From Eubacteriales bacterium (GTDB taxonomy: Bacteria; Bacillota; Clostridia; Oscillospirales; CAG-272), in assembly GCA_045536155.1 (NCBI GenBank), contig JAZSMZ010000100.1:1-39902 (forward strand): DNA of 39,902 nt. The letters are read 5' to 3'. The position numbers were made by a program, and so were the translations under genes. How positions within the stretch are numbered: position 1 is the first letter of the stretch; the number at the start of each line of letters is the position of its first letter. This document shows positions 25,701 to 33,237 of the stretch, in pieces. The notes under the pieces were generated by a model that had not been told where the DNA came from, made no database searches, and saw only the letters and a list, made by a program, of their open reading frames with translations.

Positions 25701-26518
25701 TCACAGATAAGCACGCATTCGGTGCATCCCCTGCCGCATTCACATATGTAATCCGTACAGAATTTACACAGCAAGCATTCAGAGCAATAGTTTCCCTCGC
25801 CGCCGAGACAGTCAAAGCAGGTTCCGCAATCGGTGCAAAGCTCATCTTCCGCACAAACCATGCACTTTTCATTGCATTGCTCGCATCCTGTGGTACAATT
25901 TGAGCAGCCCTCGCCGCAGTAGCATATCCAGTCTGCACAGCCTATGCACAGCATACAGTCGGAGCAGTACAGCTCGTTACCCGCGCACTCAGCACAAATG
26001 CCGCAGTCGTCGCAGATAAAATCGACACACTCCGTGCATTTTTCGCCGCATACATCGCAGACATCGCCGCTTGTCGAATAACATCCGCGACATTTTTCGT
26101 CGCACTCGCAGCAGTCTTCAAGACAGTTGCCGCAGTCGTCGCACATCTCGTGATCGTCGTCACACGCGCCGCAATATCCGCAGTGATGCTCCTCGTAGCA
26201 GCTGCCTTCGGCTCCCTCACCGCAGTGATCGCCATTGTCGCATTTCCAGTCATCATAGCGATATCCGCCGCAGTACTCGCACTCAACTCCGTCTTCATAA
26301 TCGGCATAAACGGGAGTCGCGGTGGCTGTAAGCACTGCCGTGAGAATATCCTCAAGCACCGCTAAAAGGTCGATATTTTCATTTTCTTTGACCTGTTCTG
26401 CTTTGTCATGATCGATATCAAGATGCAAATGCTCGGCATTAAGGACATTTTGCATCGGGGCAATCATGAGTAATGCGCAGAGCACCAGGCTTAACAGTTT
26501 TTTTAATTGATAATTCAT
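22706..26518 (-). CDS. Giant cysteine-rich surface protein (signal peptide, ~60-aa Cys16 repeats, His/Cys repeats, InlB-B-like repeat, C-terminal TM anchor)
   Basis: MNYQLKKLLSLVLCALLMIAP signal; about 800 aa of CxxC arrays; C-terminal TM followed by KKKKED. Confidence 0.88.
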   Translation of the reverse strand: MNYQLKKLLSLVLCALLMIAPMQNVLNAEHLHLDIDHDKAEQVKENENIDLLAVLEDILTAVLTATATPVYADYEDGVECEYCGGYRYDDWKCDNGDHCGEGAEGSCYEEHHCGYCGACDDDHEMCDDCGNCLEDCCECDEKCRGCYSTSGDVCDVCGEKCTECVDFICDDCGICAECAGNELYCSDCMLCIGCADWICYCGEGCSNCTTGCEQCNEKCMVCAEDELCTDCGTCFDCLGGEGNYCSECLLCKFCTDYICECGRGCTECVLICESCSEKCEMCADGGICQDCGVCFDCVGGDGNYCANCDLCKFCVDQVCVGCGEGCTECAIVCSECGALCENCADDQLCGDCEVCFECRGGEGNYCAECGLCKMCVEYVCACGNGCSECSYVCTECGEKCTACAEDAICIECGTCFDCVGGEGNYCSDCGYCKNCVEQICYCGNGCSECSIICVACGEKCENCADDELCDECERCFDCAGGDFCAECGECGECVEVLCACGNGCNQCAEVICEECGEKCSNCAPDELCVECGTCRDCVGGEDDFCSNCSVCKFCVDYICVGCSDGCSYCAEICPECGEKCSNCASDELCVDCGICRDCAGGEGHFCDNCQLCKNCTEMVCYCGMGCSSCSVVCSECGEHCDQCSEGEICVDCGICMSCMGESNFCAQCSLCNSCAEMVCSCGEGCTNCADVCMECGEKCSNCADEFCSDCGLCRDCSDADGFCSGCGVCGNCAIACVCGEGCENCADMCPDCGEKCSSCTDEFCTDCGLCRECAGEDTWCEDCQKCVSCADICTDCGLICYDCAEYWCEDCQRCGDCSNEYCPDCGKCIDCADEMCDDCHYCSDCIDNLCSDCGELCADCAAVCAECGKCENCADTCSDCDMCEDCCAELSLDYGCDHGVCIESNEWKSHYCTEGNHCITDELEFDYDENEHWRVCSEGCSVRLDADVHIFGSGVVVKEATDGEEGIISKECLDCGYEKEEAIPSLSGGHKHEYTDTVVNPDCLTAGYTTHSCSCGHSWTDSEKAALGHDFVYSGDADGHYKECSRCHETKDQSSHKMGEWNTVIKAGYTFEGEKQRECKICGYVLKESIPMLTKPEDKFVITIPEDVSKLPTRPVITPDTGDTPDTPSDGKDTSVKEMLSSGKDNKVPELPTLSPKEDGNIFEGWVDKATGETVKRGDKLTGNVELVPVWKDCGDGNHTDADSDNRCDDCGYITVKDTTNVADDSETDDGDNTSDVSKLAPYLIGSSGAVVIGCLIAIIAVLTKKKKED
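23855..26285 (-). repeat. Coding tandem repeat, ~180-bp (60-aa) unit, about 11 copies plus degenerate flanks
   Basis: Unit e.g. NYCSECLLCKFCTDYICECGRGCTECVLICESCSEKCEMCADGGICQDCGVCFDCVGGDG. Confidence 0.85.
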
Positions 26519-26552
26519 AACGGTTGTTTTTCCTTTCATCAAGGCAAAAAAA

Positions 26553-27344
26553 TCAGAATTTGCCGCTGCGGCCTCCAACGGTCGTTCCCCGGCTTGTTTT
26601 ATGAGTAGACGATGACCCCGAGCTATCCGATCTTGCGCTTCGGTTCACCGTTCTGTAAAGGAAGAAGTCTTTGGAAAGATTAACATCAAAGCTTCCTTCC
26701 TTTGTGTAGTCTTTGGCATTCGCCTTATGTCTCACCGTTTTGAGCTTGGCTTTCTGCTTTGATACATAGATCCAGGCAGCCACAGCACCGATTATCAGAC
26801 AAATGATAAGATTTTGACCAAATGGAAAGGACTCTTTGGGAAGATCATCCTCATCGAAGGGATCTCCTGCTTTTGCCCGATTGATAAAGTTATCACAGCA
26901 ATCGACAAAAGCGCTGATTCCATTGAAGTAGTCATCGTTCGAAAGATAGGGCACAATCAGCTCGGATATATAATCAAATCCGACTTCTGTGACAGCGGTG
27001 ATACCGTAGCCCGCCGTTAAAATATGCCAATCACGTTCCTCCATGCTCAAAAACAGCATTATGCAGCTTCTGTCGACGCCAATGCCGTAGCCGTGGTACT
27101 CAAACAACTCTTCAGCATAGTCGGACGCAGAAGAATACCCGATTGAATCGACGGTATATACAACGACGTCAACGCCATGCACATTTCTTAACTCGTTTAA
27201 ATAGGCAAGAAGATAATTCTCCTCGGACATACTTAAAATATCGGCATCGTCGATAAGGCGAGGGCTTGTGCCGGATGCAAAAGAGGTAACAGATAGAGAA
27301 AGAAAAATGACAACGCAAAAAACAGCAATTAATACTCTTTTCAT
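26553..27344 (-). CDS. TPM domain membrane protein (YdjH-like)
   Basis: Signal peptide; RLIDDADILS...DVVVYTVDS...LSNDDYFNG; TM; Ser/Gly-rich tail ending GGRSGKF. Confidence 0.85.
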   Translation of the reverse strand: MKRVLIAVFCVVIFLSLSVTSFASGTSPRLIDDADILSMSEENYLLAYLNELRNVHGVDVVVYTVDSIGYSSASDYAEELFEYHGYGIGVDRSCIMLFLSMEERDWHILTAGYGITAVTEVGFDYISELIVPYLSNDDYFNGISAFVDCCDNFINRAKAGDPFDEDDLPKESFPFGQNLIICLIIGAVAAWIYVSKQKAKLKTVRHKANAKDYTKEGSFDVNLSKDFFLYRTVNRSARSDSSGSSSTHKTSRGTTVGGRSGKF

Positions 27345-27358
27345 TACATCCGCCTCCT

Positions 27359-28444
27359 TTATAAAAGCCACATTATCCATGATACCGCAAAGCAGGCGGC
27401 GGTTATTATTCCCGTCAGAGCAAGCTGAAAACGTCTCGCAGCGGCTTTATCGACCGGTAGATCACCTACAAATTTTCCGGTTTGACCGTTCATTGCAAAG
27501 GTGTATTTTTCACCGTTCCATGTTGTATTTAAAATCCACACCGGATAAAGGGCATATTTTGCATGACCGTTTTTCAACTGCAGAGCAGTGTTTTCGGCAA
27601 TTACCGTGTCATATCCGACAACACTTGACGCGAACGTCTCCTCGGTGCTCTTTTTGATTCGCTCGTTTGCCCTCTCAATGCTCTTTTCGGAATCGACATC
27701 ATATTTATCGGCAAGATATCCCGATAAATATGCGCTTTGGAAATCAAGAGCATCCGAAAAGCGATAGGGCTCGAGCGATTCCATCAGCGCATCGTCGATT
27801 TTCGACGAACCGTCAACGGGAACGTTTTCAAAGCTGACTTTACCACCTCGAACAACAGAATAAAATGATGTTTCGGTATAATTATATCTGCTGTCGCTCC
27901 AAAAACGTGTTTTCGATGCCTTATACCGAATCTGCGCCTCGGCATCGGTATCAAAAAGCCAAAACGGGACATAAATTCCCTTTACTTCTTCGATATGATT
28001 CTGATCTTTAAACGCCTGAGGCAAAAAACGCTTATTTCCGTAATGCTTTTTCAGCGCTTCGATTGCGGCCTTTTTATCCTGCTTGAACGGAATAACGTAG
28101 TCGGGCTTCAGTGCTCCCGAAAGCTGTCCTGTCATAATGATCGGATTGTCGCAATAAGGGCATCGGGAGGCGGCAGTGTTCACATCCGCAACTATTTCGC
28201 CGCCACACGACCGGCAACTGTATACCCGAAAATTCTCATTCTCCCCCTCGTCAAAGCGATTGCTTGTGTCCATCTCCCATTGCATATCATCGTCAATGGC
28301 TTCTTTTAACACATTATCATAAGAGGCGAGAGCTTCCATTTCAAATTCAGTGTCGCAATATGGGCACTTCATTTTCTGCAGATCGCTGTCGAAGGTTATC
28401 TCACCGCCGCAGCATGGGCATTTATATTCCAGCAGAGTTGACAA
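27359..28444 (-). CDS. Zn-ribbon membrane protein (YdjG-like)
   Basis: CPCCGG...CPYCD and CRSCGG...CPYCD ribbons; YVPFWLFD; FAMNGQTGKFVGDLP; C-terminal TM. Confidence 0.85.
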   Translation of the reverse strand: MSTLLEYKCPCCGGEITFDSDLQKMKCPYCDTEFEMEALASYDNVLKEAIDDDMQWEMDTSNRFDEGENENFRVYSCRSCGGEIVADVNTAASRCPYCDNPIIMTGQLSGALKPDYVIPFKQDKKAAIEALKKHYGNKRFLPQAFKDQNHIEEVKGIYVPFWLFDTDAEAQIRYKASKTRFWSDSRYNYTETSFYSVVRGGKVSFENVPVDGSSKIDDALMESLEPYRFSDALDFQSAYLSGYLADKYDVDSEKSIERANERIKKSTEETFASSVVGYDTVIAENTALQLKNGHAKYALYPVWILNTTWNGEKYTFAMNGQTGKFVGDLPVDKAAARRFQLALTGIITAACFAVSWIMWLL

Positions 28445-28467
28445 ACTCGCTCACTCCTTTTTATATA

Positions 28468-29346
28468 TTACTTTTTAAACTCAACAGCTTCATCAGTTGA
28501 AAACAGCTTGTATCCGCCACTGTTTTTGAGCAAAAGATTGCCGTTTGGCATAAAAGAGTATTCCAAACCGAACACCTCAGGCATATTCGACCAGCCCACA
28601 CGTTCAGACATGATGTTGATCGTTTTGCTTTGCAAATCTGCCGCACCCGCACCGATATATACCGATATTGGCTCGCCTCTATATTTGATGCACAGAACTG
28701 ACGTGCCGTTCTCGAAAAAACGTGCGCTTAGCTTTGCATCATCCGATTCGGCTTTCCACAATCCGACTATTTCCTCGGGGAAATTACCGTCAGACGTTTC
28801 CGATAAAACGCCTGTATACTGCGTCGGATCGTGGATAGGCCTGATACTCTCGTCGCGCATGTACCGTACAGCTTCGTTACCGTTTGCGATATATTCAAAT
28901 CCTTCGTCGTTGAGTGTTATGCTTACATCGGCGGTCTCTGGCCAATATTCACCGTCATACGAAAAGCCGGAAAAGGTTTTTACCGTAAAGTTCGCTCTGT
29001 CTGCCATTTCTTTTGCATTTTCGGCGCTTTCTTCAATCAGCTCGCAGGCGTAGTATGCGGCATATTGCTCTTTTACCTCGGCTATCAGCATTCCGCCGAT
29101 ATAATAAACTTGGCAAACTGTTTCGCCATTTTCTTCATCATATCTGCGGTATATTCCCTCGAGCCGCTCTGCAAATGAGGGGGTTTTTTCACTGCCTCCC
29201 GTCGTTTCGGCGATACTTTGTTCTTCATTTATATACGATTTTGTATCGTTTCCGACATCGTCGACATTGGGTACAGATTCTATGCATGAGGTAAGAAATA
29301 TCGCCGTCAGCAGCAAAATCAGTGCGATAAAGCGTTTGTTAATCAT
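28468..29346 (-). CDS. Putative lipoprotein
   Basis: MINKRFIALILLLTAIFLTSC lipobox. Confidence 0.75.
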   Translation of the reverse strand: MINKRFIALILLLTAIFLTSCIESVPNVDDVGNDTKSYINEEQSIAETTGGSEKTPSFAERLEGIYRRYDEENGETVCQVYYIGGMLIAEVKEQYAAYYACELIEESAENAKEMADRANFTVKTFSGFSYDGEYWPETADVSITLNDEGFEYIANGNEAVRYMRDESIRPIHDPTQYTGVLSETSDGNFPEEIVGLWKAESDDAKLSARFFENGTSVLCIKYRGEPISVYIGAGAADLQSKTINIMSERVGWSNMPEVFGLEYSFMPNGNLLLKNSGGYKLFSTDEAVEFKK

Positions 29347-30145
29347 TGTCGGTACGTGCATTTCCGCATTCAGTACAGAATTTACTCTTATTTACATTTC
29401 CGCATTCGCAAGTCCACTCATCATTTGGCAGCTGCTCATTTGAAGAAACGTCATCATTATTCTGCATTACGAAGGGAATTTGTCTTTTCTTCATCTGCTC
29501 AAAATAACCGGGGATAGGACCCATCTGTATTTCTTCGGGAGTCATTTTGTGCGTCCACTGACCAATGATAGATTTGAGCCCCAACATATCCATGTTTTGC
29601 TGAACATACAAATCTGAATCCTTGCTTTCGGGACGTTCACCGTTATTTAAATCGACACTTATCTCATCAAAATAAGGAGAATCGACCTTAAATGTAATAT
29701 GAAACTCGTATGCATAGCTGTATTTTGGAGGATCGTAGCTCTGCTCATTTCCGTCGCTGTCTTCGTAATACAGTTCTGTTTCGTTATCTTCGATTTCTGT
29801 TTCAAAGGAAAGTATCTGTGTGCAGTCGATAATGTCGGGATTATTTTCTTTGAAATCAGAACACGATGTAACGATCATTTTCTTTGCATTTGTATCCAAA
29901 TAGATCTTTTCATCTGTTCCAAAGCTGAGATCGGCATTGAAGAATTCAAGATTTTTGGCATTTTCTTCTCTGTATTGAAGCTGAGCACGTATTTCATCAA
30001 CAGTCGATGAGCGTCTTTCTGTGAAAAATGGAGAAAGCTTACGCGCGCAATTTTTGCAAAGATTGCCGTCCTCGAGCTTTTTGTTGCCTAAAAAGCCAAT
30101 TTTTTCACCGCATATATCGCAGTATTTCTTATCAAACAATCCCAT
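29339..30145 (-). CDS. DUF4428 domain protein with C-terminal Zn ribbon
   Basis: MGLFDKKYCDICGEKIGFLGNKKLEDGNLCKNC; tail WTCECGNVNKSKFCTECG. Confidence 0.82.
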   Translation of the reverse strand: MGLFDKKYCDICGEKIGFLGNKKLEDGNLCKNCARKLSPFFTERRSSTVDEIRAQLQYREENAKNLEFFNADLSFGTDEKIYLDTNAKKMIVTSCSDFKENNPDIIDCTQILSFETEIEDNETELYYEDSDGNEQSYDPPKYSYAYEFHITFKVDSPYFDEISVDLNNGERPESKDSDLYVQQNMDMLGLKSIIGQWTHKMTPEEIQMGPIPGYFEQMKKRQIPFVMQNNDDVSSNEQLPNDEWTCECGNVNKSKFCTECGNARTDND

Positions 30146-30159
30146 ATCTGTCTCCTTTG

Positions 30160-31548
30160 TTATTTAATGTCGTCGTTATCGAAAATATCGCCGCATTCGG
30201 GACAGAACTTCGGCGGCATTGACCCGCTTTCAACTTCCCATCCGCACTTATCGCATTTATACTGTGGAACGCCTGCCGGCTTTCTGGCACCGCATTCGGC
30301 ACAGAATTTACCCTTGTTTACATTTCCGCAGGCACAAGTCCAACCATCCTCGGGTCTCTTTGCTCCGCATTCGGGGCAGAATTTGCCTGTCGCTTTTGTA
30401 CCGCAGGCACAAGTCCATGCGTTGCTATCTTTGGCTTCGGGCTTCTTTGCTCCGCACTCAGGGCAGAACTTTCCTGTTGCCAAAGCACCGCAGGAACATT
30501 TCCAACCATTGCTCTGAACGGCAGAATTCTGCTGAGACTGCTGTTGCTGACCCATAGCAAAGAAATTCTGCGCGTTCGTGCCGCCTGCATTCATTGCCAT
30601 ACCCATTCCCATAAAGCCGGTCATAGCACCCGCTTCATTGGATGCCGCCGCACGCATTGCGTCTGCCTGCGCGCCGACAAGTGTTGCACCTGCCATTGTG
30701 GGATCGCGGTACATTGCGGTCTTCTGTGCAGTTTTGAGCATTTCCTGATCTTCTTCGGTGAGAGTAGGCGGATTGATTGCCACCTTTACATCACCGATAC
30801 CACGCTCGCCCCATTCGGAGCCGAGCTCATCGTTGAGATACTTTTCAAGCTCATTTGTATGTGCGGGAATCTGATTCGGACGGAGCTCCAGCTCGGAAAG
30901 TCTTGCAAGAGCCGGTCCGAGAGCGCTGACAAACTCGGTCTTCATTGTGTCGCGCAGCTCATCCTTGCTGTAAGAATGAGCAACGTTGCCCGTTACATTA
31001 GTGTAAAGCTTTATCGGGTCGGTTACACGGAAGGTATATGTACCGTTGCAGCGGAGAGAGACATCGACATCGAAGTTGATGCGCGAATCGACAACACGGA
31101 AGGAGATGGGTGTAGCTGTACCGAACTTATTGTCAAGAATCTCTTTGGTATTGAAGTAGTATACACGCTGATCCTTTCCGGTATCTCCGCCGTATGTAAA
31201 ACGCTTGCCAATTGCTTTAAAGCTTTCGAGAATACTCTTTCCCAAACTTCCTGCGAATATTGACGGCTCGCTCGAGCTGTTGTACGTATATTCGCCGCTT
31301 TCAGCGCAAAGCTCAACTACCTTGCCCTGCTCAACGATGATCATGCACTGTCCGTCTGCAACAGCGATGCCCGAACCGTTGGAGATGATATTGTCTTCGC
31401 CCTTTGTGTTCGAGGAACGTCCGCTTACTCTCTTCTGTCCCTTTACCACCAAAGTATCGTTTGCTATAGAATCACAATAGAAAAATTCCTTCCACTGGTC
31501 TGCCAATACTCCTCCGGCAGCCCCTGCAATTGCTTTAATAAGTCCCAT
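30160..31548 (-). CDS. SPFH/Band-7 domain protein with C-terminal Zn ribbons (YdjI / 'virion core protein'-like)
   Basis: MGLIKA...LADQWKEFFYC, NIISNGS, DQRVYYFNTKEI..NKFGT, AASNEAGAMTGFMGMG; four WxCxCG...GKFCxECG-type ribbons. Confidence 0.88.
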   Translation of the reverse strand: MGLIKAIAGAAGGVLADQWKEFFYCDSIANDTLVVKGQKRVSGRSSNTKGEDNIISNGSGIAVADGQCMIIVEQGKVVELCAESGEYTYNSSSEPSIFAGSLGKSILESFKAIGKRFTYGGDTGKDQRVYYFNTKEILDNKFGTATPISFRVVDSRINFDVDVSLRCNGTYTFRVTDPIKLYTNVTGNVAHSYSKDELRDTMKTEFVSALGPALARLSELELRPNQIPAHTNELEKYLNDELGSEWGERGIGDVKVAINPPTLTEEDQEMLKTAQKTAMYRDPTMAGATLVGAQADAMRAAASNEAGAMTGFMGMGMAMNAGGTNAQNFFAMGQQQQSQQNSAVQSNGWKCSCGALATGKFCPECGAKKPEAKDSNAWTCACGTKATGKFCPECGAKRPEDGWTCACGNVNKGKFCAECGARKPAGVPQYKCDKCGWEVESGSMPPKFCPECGDIFDNDDIK

Positions 31549-31580
31549 ATTTACCTCGCTAAATCTTTATTTCTGATAGT

Positions 31581-32063
31581 TTAGTCTGTTTTGCACTCTG
31601 CGAGCATTTCATTAAGAGCGCGCACAAATTCATGATAACCCTTCGGGAAATTGGCGGATCCGTCGGCACTGATCTTTTGACCGTTATTCACGCTCGCTGT
31701 GAAGTTGAACATAGTTCCGTCCAGTACATTCTTCGGATGCTTGCCGTGAAATCCGTCCCAACTGATAACTCCGCACAAGTTCATCAGATCAATGAATGTC
31801 TGAGTGTCGCAAGATGCGCTTTGTTCGGGAATAAGATCTGTTTTCTCACCCGAAAACACTTCGCGGTAACGCTCGATCTCCACCCTGCCCGCTTCGTTGG
31901 AGATTTCGTATACATAGCTGCCGCGCATAGTATGCAAAGTAAGTGTCACCGTTTCAAAAGAGGTAACTGTTTTTCCGGCGGCTTTTGCGCATCCGAATAT
32001 TCCCAATAATGTCGTTAGTATCATGGAGATTATCAGTATCCGTTTTTTATGCCCAAGGGTCAT
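31581..32063 (-). CDS. Putative lipoprotein/secreted protein
   Basis: KKRILIISMILTTLLGIFGC signal; start uncertain. Confidence 0.65.
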   Translation of the reverse strand: MTLGHKKRILIISMILTTLLGIFGCAKAAGKTVTSFETVTLTLHTMRGSYVYEISNEAGRVEIERYREVFSGEKTDLIPEQSASCDTQTFIDLMNLCGVISWDGFHGKHPKNVLDGTMFNFTASVNNGQKISADGSANFPKGYHEFVRALNEMLAECKTD

Positions 32064-32622
32064 CTTCTTTTGCCTTGCGAATTCCCACCATGAGGAACTG
32101 CTCCCACAAGAACCACTTTCCGTCGCCTCTTCTGCGCAAAACGATTTCGCGTGCATTATCTGCTCCGCCGCTCTTTATAAACAGCTTTTTATACCCTTCG
32201 TTTGCATCCGAATAAGGATTGGTTTCGATTGTGATGCTGAAGGGAGTGTCCGGAGTATAGTTGTTTTCGGGTACGGCACCCTTGAAATATGAAAAGGGAA
32301 CGTGATGTCCGTCGCGGAAGCGGTCATCAAGGAAGGAAATTGTCTGGTTGCTTAGCGGACTGGGACCGCTTAAATAGTTGAGCATCTCAATACCGATATT
32401 TTTGTCTGCCGCGTAAACGCAAAGTGCGCAAACGGTCAGAGCCGCAGTCTGAAAAGGTGTATCGAGAGCTGCCTCCGGCAATGCCTGAAGATCGGCAAGA
32501 CTTTCTGGAAGCGCTGTAAAAGTAAAGGTCTCTTTTTTCTGGGTAAGCGAATTCACCGCTCCGTTTGCTGTTGCTTTAAGTGCATCGTTAACACCTTTTT
32601 TTAGCTTATCAAAAATTGACAT
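32047..32622 (-). CDS. Conserved hypothetical protein (DUF6935-like)
   Basis: TFTFTALPESLADLQALPEA...TAALTVCAL...SYFKGAVPENNYTP...SGGADNAR (family recalled, not verified); RBS GGAGG. Confidence 0.7.
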   Translation of the reverse strand: MSIFDKLKKGVNDALKATANGAVNSLTQKKETFTFTALPESLADLQALPEAALDTPFQTAALTVCALCVYAADKNIGIEMLNYLSGPSPLSNQTISFLDDRFRDGHHVPFSYFKGAVPENNYTPDTPFSITIETNPYSDANEGYKKLFIKSGGADNAREIVLRRRGDGKWFLWEQFLMVGIRKAKEDDPWA

Positions 32623-32656
32623 ATCATTACCCTCCAAAATTAATTGTTGTTTATTT

Positions 32657-33208
32657 TTATTTCCATTCGTTGAACAGATCAAACACCGCTTTCATCGCAT
32701 CGAGCGTCAGAAATACGTGCTGATTGTTGTATGCGTATATTGACTCCGACGATGCATAACTGACATTGAGATAAGCACCGTACATATCGGGAAGTCCGCT
32801 GACAGAACAGCTGTATCCGTTATGCTGAGCCAGATCGTGTTTAATTACAATTTCATGAAGCTTTTTCATAAAACTGCCGTCGGCAACAAAGGAACGACTG
32901 TCTCCGTTTCCAAAGCGATCGCGCCATTTCATTTCGCAACCGACTTTGCCGTCTGAAATTTTGGCTTTGAAGCTGTACATTCCTTTCGCCAGATCGCCCG
33001 TATCGCCGAGAGCAAACAGCGAATAGGTCATGCAAAATTCTGTAACGTCGGTCGATTCGATCACTTTAGGAGCATCCTCGCCGCTGTTATAGTGCCTCAC
33101 ACCGCCGTCTATTACATCGCTTGGCCTTTTATCGCGGCGCTTTGCCGAGGCTATCAATATCGCACCGGCAATTCCCAAAATGCCGGCACCGACAATAAAC
33201 CATTTCAC
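32657..33208 (-). CDS. Membrane-anchored hypothetical protein
   Basis: GTG start after GGAGGCGGAGAG; N-terminal TM. Confidence 0.7.
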   Translation of the reverse strand: MKWFIVGAGILGIAGAILIASAKRRDKRPSDVIDGGVRHYNSGEDAPKVIESTDVTEFCMTYSLFALGDTGDLAKGMYSFKAKISDGKVGCEMKWRDRFGNGDSRSFVADGSFMKKLHEIVIKHDLAQHNGYSCSVSGLPDMYGAYLNVSYASSESIYAYNNQHVFLTLDAMKAVFDLFNEWK

Positions 33209-33237
33209 CTCTCCGCCTCCTTTATTTTTACCGTTGG

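Noticed and set aside
22922-26365. Many overlapping alternative-frame and antisense ORFs in the Cys-rich gene
   Set aside because: By-products of repetitive TGC/TGT codons, which suppress stops in other frames.
22706-26518. Multiheme cytochrome or polyferredoxin
   Set aside because: Only two CxxCH motifs and no CxxCxxCxxxCP ferredoxin spacing in the repeats.
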